A DNA stretch of 52,584 nucleotides from the IMG/VR virus record IMGVR_UViG_3300006802_016771, positions 1-52,584 of that record; one strand, written 5' to 3'. Below, piece after piece: positions 37,346 to 45,802 of this stretch. Each line of letters starts with the position of its first letter. Position 1 is the stretch's first letter. This DNA is from a virus. Lineage: Duplodnaviria > Caudoviricetes. Position numbers and translations under genes: made by a program. The notes beneath the pieces are model-generated. The model was not told where the DNA came from. It saw only the letters and a list, made by a program, of their open reading frames with translations, and made no database searches.

Positions 37346-37589
37346 TTAATCTCCTATGACCCCACCTAAAAAGCAATGCACCTAAAACGATTTGACCAAG
37401 CGAACCTGTTACACTACCTGAGCTTTTATATTCTCTAGCATCTGATTTAGCCGCACGGATGTCTCTCCTTACTTTAGATAAAGAGTTTGCGCGAACTATT
37501 ACATTTGATTGATATAGCTCAGATAGCTCAGGACTGAGAACCCAACCAGGTGGCGGCTCCCTCCTTGGCGGCCATCGCCTTATTTCCAT
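37332..37589 (-). CDS. hypothetical protein with C-terminal hydrophobic helix
   Basis: Co-oriented and tightly packed; WPPRREPPPGW, LGQIVLGALLF. Confidence 0.6.
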   Translation of the reverse strand: MEIRRWPPRREPPPGWVLSPELSELYQSNVIVRANSLSKVRRDIRAAKSDAREYKSSGSVTGSLGQIVLGALLFRWGHRRLNGRR

Positions 37590-37724
37590 TTAACCGCGTC
37601 CGCGCCCGCGCCTTCTAATGATTTGAGGCTGGGCTTGCTTTGGTTGCTGCTGTTGAGCTTCTTTAGCTTGCTGCTGGCTTTGTGGTTGTGCTTGTGCTTG
37701 TTGTTGTTTTTGTTGTTCACTCAT
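37590..37724 (-). CDS. 44-aa Gln-rich microprotein with RG tail (absent from the ORF track)
   Basis: MSEQQKQQQAQAQPQSQQQAKEAQQQQPKQAQPQIIRRRGRGRG; fills the gap, with its TAA abutting the next ATG. Confidence 0.7.
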   Translation of the reverse strand: MSEQQKQQQAQAQPQSQQQAKEAQQQQPKQAQPQIIRRRGRGRG

Positions 37725-37726
37725 AA

Positions 37727-38887
37727 TTAATTATTTTGATATCTTGGTGGTTTAGTCCTGCCATCAGGTTTCCTTACGACATGAATACCCTTGGGCTTAC
37801 CCTTAATTCTATTGTAAGCTTTTTTGTAAGCATCTCTATTTTGAGTTATTCGCTTTAATCTCCTGCCAAGAAGGGCAGATAACCCAGCAGTGCCAACGGC
37901 TCCCATAATTGCAGTCCCAAGGAATTTATCGCGTGATGATTTTCTTTCATGCCAATGCTTTTTCCTGCGATTTCTTCTATCTCCTTTGTGATGAACTCGC
38001 ACGGATTGGCTAGTAGGACGAGACATACGCCAGCCTTTACGCTTGGCTTCATCTGTTAAAATTTGAGGCCCTTCCATGAGTTCAATCATTTTATCTTCCT
38101 CAATGTGCCCTTCTGAAAATAATCTTTTAATTAATGCGCGACCCCTCTTGGAGTTAGCTAAAGCTGCTATACCTAAACCACCGCCAGCGATTGCTGCTGA
38201 AGTTGCATTATCTTTAAATGCCTGTTTTTCATAGAAGCGCTTCCTTCTTTTATTACGCCTCTCTCCTTTTATCATATCCTGAATGTCACGAATTGCGTCA
38301 ACTCCCTTTCTCGCTGTGCGAACTTGACGCTTCACCTTATTATGGCTCTGCCTCATAGCTCTTAGCTTTTCCGCACTGGAGTCGTCAAGCTCGGGCCTAG
38401 ATATAGCAAATGCTATTGTTTTAGCTTTATTTTTTTCAAATATTCTTTGCTGAATAGAGTTTTCAAATATGAAACGCTTTCCACCAGGCAATTTATTTAA
38501 AGTTTTTCTCCACTTAGACCATTTACTTGATCGTTTTTTATTTAAATACTCTTTAGCCCTTTTTACTCGCTTTGCTTTATTTTTACGAACTGCTTTTGCA
38601 CGAGAAGACCTATTTAGGGGGGATTCATTAATAGCCGCCTGGGCATCCCTCGCCGTCTTTGTGGCTTGATTTGCCGCACGTGTCGTGGCTTTAGTTGCTT
38701 TAACAACTTGCTCAGTGGGTCTTTGTCTAAGCATCCTTGTTGCCGTAAGCAAACCCGCAGCAGTACCTACACCTGCTAAAGCAGTGTTAATTCTACGATG
38801 CTGCTCAGCTGGCTTATTAGTCAATACCGTATCAACGGGATGCTTAATAGCGTGCTCAATCTTTCCTTCTTTTTTTATCGATGCCAT
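37727..38887 (-). CDS. modular basic Gly-zipper protein
   Basis: Three Gly/Ala hydrophobic segments each followed by K/R tracts; linkers FIFE..IAFA and LFSE..IELM; SD GGAGG. Confidence 0.75.
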   Translation of the reverse strand: MASIKKEGKIEHAIKHPVDTVLTNKPAEQHRRINTALAGVGTAAGLLTATRMLRQRPTEQVVKATKATTRAANQATKTARDAQAAINESPLNRSSRAKAVRKNKAKRVKRAKEYLNKKRSSKWSKWRKTLNKLPGGKRFIFENSIQQRIFEKNKAKTIAFAISRPELDDSSAEKLRAMRQSHNKVKRQVRTARKGVDAIRDIQDMIKGERRNKRRKRFYEKQAFKDNATSAAIAGGGLGIAALANSKRGRALIKRLFSEGHIEEDKMIELMEGPQILTDEAKRKGWRMSRPTSQSVRVHHKGDRRNRRKKHWHERKSSRDKFLGTAIMGAVGTAGLSALLGRRLKRITQNRDAYKKAYNRIKGKPKGIHVVRKPDGRTKPPRYQNN

Positions 38888-40370
38888 ATCCTATACCTCC
38901 ACCTATTGCTAGTGGTGTCAAAAGTTTCATCAATGCTCTACTACCTACGTGTCTCCTAAAACCTTTCGGTGCCTTATCGGAATACAATGGGGCTTTACCA
39001 CTTCTCCATGATTTTTTTGTACCCCTAAGTTTAGCTCTTTTTAGTTGCTTATGCCTTAACTTAACATCCCTCAGGTAGTTACCCGCGAGTAACCCACCAG
39101 CTGCTGCACCCGTTGCGCTTCCTATAACTGTAGCCTTCTTTTTCTCCTCTAAGTTTATCCTAGGGTAACCATCATCAGGCTTTCTAACCTTATTCATTAT
39201 ATCTTTAAATACTTTCAAATCAGGGTACTGGCCTTCTGGCAACTCATCATCTTTGGGTAAAAGTTTTTTTGCTCTCTTTATAGCACCCCTCTTTGCTGCT
39301 TGACCTGCTATTGTTGCCTCTTCTTTACCAGTCCCTCTTGCCCTACTTTGTACATTCTTAACCTTACCTTGGCTATCAAGCACTTTTTTCGTGTTACGCC
39401 TCTTGGCCCCAGGATCAAATTTATGGCCTCCGGTCCTTTTCCCGGCCTTCAATCTGGCTGATCCCTGGTCAGGTATCTTGTTTCTGCGATTAATAGAGAC
39501 CTGAGTGTCTCCTGTTTCGCCAATAGGTCTGGTTTTCCCAGGAGCCTTGACCTGGTTAGCCTGGTTGGCCGCGGCTTTTTTCTGGTCTATTTTTCGCACA
39601 GCTTGCGATCTAGCATTAGCCCTGGATATGCCCTGGTTCTTTTTCTTGGATAAAACTTTCTCTGTTTTCTTATTTATCTCAGCTTCTTTTACATTACGGG
39701 ATCGCGTTTTCTTTCTTTGCCGCTCAGATGTGGATGCTCTTTTATGTGCCTGCTGGGGACTCTCCCCAGGCTTAGCCAATCTTTTCATCTTCCTTTTCTC
39801 GCTCCCTGTTAAGGCGCCCCAATTCTTTTTTTCCCAGTCTGCTGACTTCTTGCCTTCTACGAAATCTTTTAGCTCCTTCTGTACCCCAGGGTTTGTCTTT
39901 GCTATTCTTTTACGCTCCTTGTTGATCCTCTTTTGACGCAATTCGGTTTCTTTCTTTAACTCTTGATTTACATAGTCAGCATCTCTTTCTTTGCCTAGCT
40001 TAGCCAAATCCTTAGATTCAGATTCATAGCGATTGGCTAATTTCTTCATGCCTTTATTGGAAGCCCTTGGATGATTTAAGTCATCCTTGAGCCTACTGGG
40101 TGCTTGATTACTCCTCACTAAAGAATTTACTCTTCTTCTGGTTTCTGGAGTTGGTTTCTTGGCGTCACCATAACCCACACCTGCTGCTGCTCCTGCTGCA
40201 CCTCCAGCTCCCGCGGCTTTAGTCATGGATACTTTCGTTTTCTTGCCATAAAACTTATCAGTATCAAAAGAACCCAAGCGATTCTTTGAACCACCTTTTT
40301 GGAATTTCTTACGACCCGCCTGCCTATATTTAACTGCGGCTCGTTTTAAAAATCTACTTATTGCCCGCAT
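38856..40370 (-). CDS. large basic Gly-zipper protein directly after the portal
   Basis: 504 aa, very K/R-rich; AGAGGAAGAAAGVG, GSATGAAAGGLLAG, LAIGGGIGYG. Confidence 0.75.
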   Translation of the reverse strand: MRAISRFLKRAAVKYRQAGRKKFQKGGSKNRLGSFDTDKFYGKKTKVSMTKAAGAGGAAGAAAGVGYGDAKKPTPETRRRVNSLVRSNQAPSRLKDDLNHPRASNKGMKKLANRYESESKDLAKLGKERDADYVNQELKKETELRQKRINKERKRIAKTNPGVQKELKDFVEGKKSADWEKKNWGALTGSEKRKMKRLAKPGESPQQAHKRASTSERQRKKTRSRNVKEAEINKKTEKVLSKKKNQGISRANARSQAVRKIDQKKAAANQANQVKAPGKTRPIGETGDTQVSINRRNKIPDQGSARLKAGKRTGGHKFDPGAKRRNTKKVLDSQGKVKNVQSRARGTGKEEATIAGQAAKRGAIKRAKKLLPKDDELPEGQYPDLKVFKDIMNKVRKPDDGYPRINLEEKKKATVIGSATGAAAGGLLAGNYLRDVKLRHKQLKRAKLRGTKKSWRSGKAPLYSDKAPKGFRRHVGSRALMKLLTPLAIGGGIGYGIDKKRRKD

Positions 40371-41886
40371 TTGAATTGGGTTCTATAGGCGCACCAGCAT
40401 TGGGGTTTTTGAGACTATGCTTATATGCGTCAATCATTTCATGCGCAGACTGCAACCTTTTTGTTATTAAGCTCATAGGTATCTCATACTTTTCAGCTAA
40501 TGCCTGTAAATGTTGTAACTCTCTAGCTATTTTTTCAGACTCTTCTTCAAAATCTAAGCCCATTTCGCCATATGCCGCATCATGGGTCTTGAGGCCCGCG
40601 TCAAGCATACCAATAGTAGCCTGCACTTCATGACCTAAATCTGCTGTGATTTGCGAATTGAATTGCCACTTGCCCTTTTTGTAGTTCGGGCTCGCGGGTA
40701 AATTACCTAATGCTATCGCTCTTGATATTACTATATTTTTTATTGGGTCAAGAACCTGCTCTGATAATAAATCTTGATGCCGCTTAAATGCTCTCTGTGC
40801 TTGCTGTACCTCAAGCCTAGCGGTCGCCCCTCCAAAAGCTGACATATCCCAAACGAATGCGAAAGGCAGATTAAGCCCATTTGCCATTTCGCGAATCAAA
40901 GTGGTCACAAACCCATTGAATGTTGGGCTTGGTCTTGATTGAGTTTGGAACATTCTAATGTCATCCCCTGGTTGCAAGCGAACAATCTTCCCTGGGTCAA
41001 TCTTTTCCATTTTCCTGTCATCCATAACGCCAGGGATTTTGGACGACCATTTATCAGGCCCATGATCGTTTTTGGTAATTACGCCCGCGTGTGACGACCC
41101 CCATTTTACGGCCATCTTTTCCATCTTATACAACTCATAAACATCTTTTGCATGAGGAATTGCAGTCTCGAAAGCTGTTATGCCGCGATACTGATCAACC
41201 CTCATTGGGTCTATGTAGTGTATGAAATTTGAAGCTGGAATATCGCGAGGGTCTTTATATTGACCATGTAAAGTTCTTTTAAATACTTTGTATGATAATG
41301 GTTGCCCATAGTCATTTATAGTAATTCCCCCTATGTAGTTTTCTTCTTTTACTGGACGATTAAACTCACTAGGGTTGCCAATCCTATCTGCCTCTATGGC
41401 TTGTAATCTAACATCTGCCCCTTGTGTGACTAACACAAACGCAGCGTCCCCGTCTCTTCTCATACCCATGTGGGCTAATTGAACTAGATGCCTAAATGGA
41501 TAGCGACGAGTTATATCACACCGCTTTTCCCAGTCCCTCCAGTACTCTTCATATGCCTGGTTAATTGCTGGGTCGCCTGTTTGTGCTTGGTATCGCATTG
41601 AGCCGCACACATACATGGCCTCTTTCAATAGTATGGATTTAAAGAAAGAATAGTTCTGAACCAAGTTGCGAGCTTCCCACATCATCTTGATTCTATCCCT
41701 TTGGTTCTGGAAAGACTCAGATGCCGCTGTTGCGTGTGATGTTGCTATAGTTTTATGGGCAGGTATATCTCGCGCTGCATCGTAAGAAAATTCAAGCCTC
41801 TCCTTGTAATACCTTCTTTGTAGGCCCCACTCAGGGCTAACGAAACTTATTACTTTATCTAGGATTCCTGGTGTATCTTTTTTCAT
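40354..41886 (-). CDS. portal protein, lambda gpB family
   Basis: YDAA, ARNLVQN, RDGD, IEADRI, GGITINDYGQPLSY, DQYRGI, GATARLE. Confidence 0.9.
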   Translation of the reverse strand: MKKDTPGILDKVISFVSPEWGLQRRYYKERLEFSYDAARDIPAHKTIATSHATAASESFQNQRDRIKMMWEARNLVQNYSFFKSILLKEAMYVCGSMRYQAQTGDPAINQAYEEYWRDWEKRCDITRRYPFRHLVQLAHMGMRRDGDAAFVLVTQGADVRLQAIEADRIGNPSEFNRPVKEENYIGGITINDYGQPLSYKVFKRTLHGQYKDPRDIPASNFIHYIDPMRVDQYRGITAFETAIPHAKDVYELYKMEKMAVKWGSSHAGVITKNDHGPDKWSSKIPGVMDDRKMEKIDPGKIVRLQPGDDIRMFQTQSRPSPTFNGFVTTLIREMANGLNLPFAFVWDMSAFGGATARLEVQQAQRAFKRHQDLLSEQVLDPIKNIVISRAIALGNLPASPNYKKGKWQFNSQITADLGHEVQATIGMLDAGLKTHDAAYGEMGLDFEEESEKIARELQHLQALAEKYEIPMSLITKRLQSAHEMIDAYKHSLKNPNAGAPIEPNSNAGNK

Positions 41887-42164
41887 CCTTCCATATTGCG
41901 ATTGAAGGTTTCTCCGTCAAGACCATAGCCACCAAAATCTGCGTAAGTGTCCTCATTGTAAGATTTACCAGACTTCTCTCTTTTTATCTCTGCTATAGCT
42001 CTAAGCCTCTCTTCAACTGAAGTAATGCTTCGCTGATAACTTTTGCCCCCAACAGATTGCGCTAAATATAGATTGCTCGCCTCTTTTTTTAGGCTATCAC
42101 TCTCCATTTTAAGTTCTTGACTGTTGTAGTCGCGATAAATAATTTTCCAATTAGCTACGCTCAT
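41883..42164 (-). CDS. gpW-like head completion protein (start reassigned to MSVANW)
   Basis: Small gene immediately before the portal; QSVGGKSYQR; GTTGACA 15 nt upstream. Confidence 0.65.
   Translation of the reverse strand: MSVANWKIIYRDYNSQELKMESDSLKKEASNLYLAQSVGGKSYQRSITSVEERLRAIAEIKREKSGKSYNEDTYADFGGYGLDGETFNRNMEG
42117..42145 (+). promoter_or_regulatory. sigma70-like promoter for the plus-strand HTH operon
   Basis: TTGACT-N17-TAATTT ending 33 nt before the ATG at 42179. Confidence 0.55.
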
Positions 42165-42178
42165 ATAGCAAAGAAACC

Positions 42179-42592
42179 ATGTCAACAATAAGAGAAGCAT
42201 TCGTAGACTTTGATTATGACTCCATAGACTTTGGAGACAAGCCACCTAGTGATGAAATCATTGATGATATGCCTGAATTACTTCGGCAATATGTTGATGA
42301 AAGGGTTAGAGCAGAAGTCCAAGATGCACTCACCCGTGTAATTGCCCTTATTTATGACTCCAACAACTACAGACTAAAACTAGCGACCATAGTTTGCGCT
42401 TTTGGGTTGCCTTTGTTTTTAGGTAAGTCCATGAAAGATATAGCCGCAATACATGGGGTTACAAGACAAGCTCTTTCTAAATCAGTAAAACTATTTCAAA
42501 AAAACTTTAACCTACCTCCCGTGAGGGGTCAAAAATCATTAAAGGCTTGCGAAAAATATAGAGAAATACAGATAAAACGTAATAAAAAATAA
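42179..42592 (+). CDS. HTH DNA-binding protein, sigma70 region 4-like
   Basis: FGLPLFLGKSMKDIAAIHGVTRQALSKSVK matches the region-4-type HTH pattern. Confidence 0.7.
   Translation: MSTIREAFVDFDYDSIDFGDKPPSDEIIDDMPELLRQYVDERVRAEVQDALTRVIALIYDSNNYRLKLATIVCAFGLPLFLGKSMKDIAAIHGVTRQALSKSVKLFQKNFNLPPVRGQKSLKACEKYREIQIKRNKK
42180..42186 (-). promoter_or_regulatory. GTTGACA element, 15 nt before the ATG at 42164; overlaps the HTH gene start codon
   Basis: Plus strand ATGTCAAC is both the HTH start and the reverse complement of GTTGACAT. Confidence 0.7.
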
Positions 42593-42593
42593 A

Positions 42594-43085
42594 ATGGAAT
42601 TAGAAGTAACATTAGCACCTGATCAAACAGCAGAACGAATTTTAGAATGCCATAAGCAAGGATTAAACCAAATGGTTGGATCGCTAGTGCATTTCGCCGA
42701 AGCGGGGTTGCATTTGAAAAGAATACGTTCGCAGGTTGATGACTTTGGTAAATGGATTAGTGAGAATTTAGTATTTAGCAAAAAAACCGCATATCAATAT
42801 ATTAAGCTAAATGAAAAAGTTGAGGCTGGTCTTGACCTAGAGAGTGGCAAGTACACATCTATTAGGCAATGCTTAGGAATTGACCATGATGGAGAAAAGT
42901 CAACTTACAGAGAAACTGCTGATAAACGATTTGAGAGCATCCCTGGTCTTTCATCAAAAATTCAACACACATATAAAGGTGCTGTTAGGGCAAAGCCTTT
43001 GCATAATTGGAGTGCTGATGAGAAAAGGGCACTAGCTACTAGCTTGCTGCCAATTCTTGATATCTACAATGAGTTAAACGACTAA
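42594..43085 (+). CDS. DUF3102-like protein
   Basis: EAGLHLKRIR..FGKWISENLVFSKKTAYQYIKL pattern. Confidence 0.65.
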   Translation: MELEVTLAPDQTAERILECHKQGLNQMVGSLVHFAEAGLHLKRIRSQVDDFGKWISENLVFSKKTAYQYIKLNEKVEAGLDLESGKYTSIRQCLGIDHDGEKSTYRETADKRFESIPGLSSKIQHTYKGAVRAKPLHNWSADEKRALATSLLPILDIYNELND

Positions 43086-43152
43086 CCCCCACACCCTTCC
43101 ATATTAGTAGTGTGTGCTTTAGCCCACTACTATTATAAGGGTTTTGGGTTAG
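43082..43152. terminator. long imperfect hairpin between convergent genes (bidirectional terminator or processing site)
   Basis: ctaaccc..accctt..ata.tagtagtg pairs with cactacta.tataagggt..gggttag and spans both stop codons. Confidence 0.65.
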
Positions 43153-44129
43153 GTGAATATTCTACTAGAATAAAAAGCGTTAGACCTCTCAAAGTATTCC
43201 CTAACTACTTCGCCTTCTATATATTGTTCCTCCTCTTCATTGGAGAACTGATTCATGTAAGATTTAGCGTTTTGAGTGATCTCTTCACATTTCTCATTAT
43301 TATCTTTACACCAATCTATTATTTCACCTAAATCCGACCAATCGTCTTTGACTTGTATGTAGTGAACTCGATCTTCTAATTTATCCTCCATTAACCAAGT
43401 GCAGGCCTCAGGTTTCGCCATTATCACGACACTGTTTGACATTAGTTTCCAATGAAGACCGCTTTCGTTTATGTTGCCTGGTGAAGATATAATATATTTA
43501 AAATTACTAAATTCTTCATCACTTAAATATGGTGATTGATTAAAGGGCGCCCCTCTGGCACAATTCGTTGCCTTTGAAAAACCTACATCAATGTCTGGTC
43601 TTTTGTTGTGCCAATCGGTAGCTAACTTAAATCGGTTACCTGCACCTACATGAAACCCTGATGTTGCCCCCCGCCAAACTGCACTGCGGTTAGTTTTATC
43701 CTTGAATGGCTTGTATTGTGTCTTTGCATAAAATGACTTCCACCATCTCTCGCGATGAAACTTTAAGCAAATACCTGCATCATTATTTATCTTCCTTGGT
43801 CTCCATCTTTTAGTTGCAGATGAATATGGCGAGAAACATGGGTAATTACTCCTTGTGTGCTGATCTCCAGATACAGCAAAAAATCTACCCTCTTTAATTC
43901 CAACGCTAGAGCAAATTTCTCTTACTCTATGCATTAGCCTTCCCTGAGCTGGGGTGTACCCATTGGGCGGTATTAAGTCACGGGTTGCCCTTTTAGTATT
44001 TGGTTCCCAGTCAAATAAATCTTTGACAGTCATACTAAACTCAAAATCGTTCACTTGATCGCTAGAACTGGGCCATTCAAGGCTATTTATATTACCCAAG
44101 TAATACTTTATTCTATCTTCTGTATTCAT
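43149..44129 (-). CDS. GT90/CAP10-like glycosyltransferase
   Basis: AVWRGATSG, DIDVGF, FKYIISSPGN, SGLHWKLMSNSVV, HYIQVKDDWSDL. Confidence 0.8.
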   Translation of the reverse strand: MNTEDRIKYYLGNINSLEWPSSSDQVNDFEFSMTVKDLFDWEPNTKRATRDLIPPNGYTPAQGRLMHRVREICSSVGIKEGRFFAVSGDQHTRSNYPCFSPYSSATKRWRPRKINNDAGICLKFHRERWWKSFYAKTQYKPFKDKTNRSAVWRGATSGFHVGAGNRFKLATDWHNKRPDIDVGFSKATNCARGAPFNQSPYLSDEEFSNFKYIISSPGNINESGLHWKLMSNSVVIMAKPEACTWLMEDKLEDRVHYIQVKDDWSDLGEIIDWCKDNNEKCEEITQNAKSYMNQFSNEEEEQYIEGEVVREYFERSNAFYSSRIFT

Positions 44130-44733
44130 TTAACTCCTCTTTCATCGTCTTTGGTTCATCCCATAAATCAATCTGCCCTTTCCATGAAGTTTCGCTAGAA
44201 GTTTGCCAGTTTTTACCTGGTGAGCAAAGCTCTTTTCCTGGCATAGCTATATAGCGATGTTTAAACTCTATAGCATTTATGCATCTACGTAAGGGAATTA
44301 TACCTATCGCGCGAGCGTCCCCGACCCCTCTTTGATCTATAAAATCCCTAGCCTGCTTAATAACACAATCCGATACTTCTTCTGGTATGCGTAATATTGC
44401 ATTTACAATAAAACCCTTACCTTTTCGTAGTCTTGATATGAAATACTCATTTTTATGCGAACTATTGAAATGCATCCAGTCGTCCATATCAATGTATATT
44501 CCATTATTTCTCTTCAATACATGATATCTAGTAAAATCGCACCTTGCTATATTATTTTTTATTGCATCAAATCTCACCCTATCATCTTTTTCTAGGATTC
44601 TATAAATGCTGCTTTTTTCCCAAAATTTATACTTAAACCCAGCGGCAAATGCTTTACTTTCATTTCTCCTAGCTCGATTTAAAACTAATGGTGGTGTAGG
44701 TGTGTCACTAATCCATATTTGATTAATTATCAT
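44113..44733 (-). CDS. GT32-like DXD glycosyltransferase
   Basis: IINQIW, CDFTRYHVL, GIYIDMD. Confidence 0.75.
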   Translation of the reverse strand: MIINQIWISDTPTPPLVLNRARRNESKAFAAGFKYKFWEKSSIYRILEKDDRVRFDAIKNNIARCDFTRYHVLKRNNGIYIDMDDWMHFNSSHKNEYFISRLRKGKGFIVNAILRIPEEVSDCVIKQARDFIDQRGVGDARAIGIIPLRRCINAIEFKHRYIAMPGKELCSPGKNWQTSSETSWKGQIDLWDEPKTMKEELNEYRR

Positions 44734-45152
44734 CGCAGTGGGTAGTTTAAGCGATTCATGTACTTTTTGTTTATAAATTTATTAACTAAGTTTATATCAT
44801 CTCGATTTTCATTAAACTCAATTATATCAATCTCGCCTCCAACCCAAAGTATTTTTTTATTATACTCCCTTATCTTGATGGAGTACTTACTAGCTAAATG
44901 AAAAATTAAATCACTTTGACCTTCCATCAAATATAAATCCTCCAATTTATAACAAAATTCATGAGAAGCGAGGCGATTCCATTGATCGCATGTTTTTTCT
45001 ATTTCATGGTCGCAAGCTTTTACTAAGTCGTAAGGATTTGCTAGTATTGCAAAATCTCCATTATTCCAATTTCTCTCAACACTTGAAAGATTCCTTATTA
45101 ATATTCTCTCTATTTGAACGAAAGGTTTTATGGGTATAATTTGTATTTTCAT
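44730..45152 (-). CDS. hypothetical protein
   Basis: 4-nt overlaps with both neighbours. Confidence 0.6.
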   Translation of the reverse strand: MKIQIIPIKPFVQIERILIRNLSSVERNWNNGDFAILANPYDLVKACDHEIEKTCDQWNRLASHEFCYKLEDLYLMEGQSDLIFHLASKYSIKIREYNKKILWVGGEIDIIEFNENRDDINLVNKFINKKYMNRLNYPLR

Positions 45153-45802
45153 TGAAGGTATCCCCCTATATCGAAATCTTTTCTGTAATAATTATAAACT
45201 AAGTTTTTCATGTCTCTACTATAGTAGTCTTGCCAACTTATTTTAGTGCTCATGTTGTGATGAGGGAGTGGGCTATAGTCCCAACTCCTTTTGCGGCATA
45301 GTAATTCAAACTCTAAGTGTAAACTTTCTACTTTAACTAAATTAGGTATCACTTTTTCTGTACTAGAGAGCACTGAATTACAGTTAATATGCAGAAATGA
45401 ATACTGGGTGGTTTCTTTTAGATGTAAATTAACTTGATAATCTTTTCTGATTGCTTGCACAAAAGTTTCAAATGTTGGATAATCATCAACAACCCTTTTA
45501 CCAAACTTTGTGTGGTTATCATTTTTTACATCTTCACTAGGGTTAATTCCTATTTTTTTTAAATACTCATACTGCGAAACAAGTCTTGAATATGGATTTC
45601 TAACAAAAGCTAACCAATTTTTGAATGGATGGCTACTTTCCGTGACTATATTTCTATATGCTTCTCCCCTAATATGTCTCCTTAAGAAGTTATTTAACTT
45701 ACGATTGGCTAAATTTTTCTCAAAAGCCCATTCACGAAATGAAGTTGTTGCGCACTTTGGGGTCTCTATAAATATGAAATCCTTGCCTATCATTTCTTCC
45801 AA
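45149..45802 (-). CDS. sulfotransferase
   Basis: FIETPKCATTS and FVRNPYSRLVSQY. Confidence 0.85.
   Translation of the reverse strand: MEEMIGKDFIFIETPKCATTSFREWAFEKNLANRKLNNFLRRHIRGEAYRNIVTESSHPFKNWLAFVRNPYSRLVSQYEYLKKIGINPSEDVKNDNHTKFGKRVVDDYPTFETFVQAIRKDYQVNLHLKETTQYSFLHINCNSVLSSTEKVIPNLVKVESLHLEFELLCRKRSWDYSPLPHHNMSTKISWQDYYSRDMKNLVYNYYRKDFDIGGYLQ

Noticed and set aside
38887-38921. TTGACA 28 nt upstream of the 38887 start
   Set aside because: Wrong spacing for the N13-15 class, no good -10, and the gene has a normal GGAGG SD
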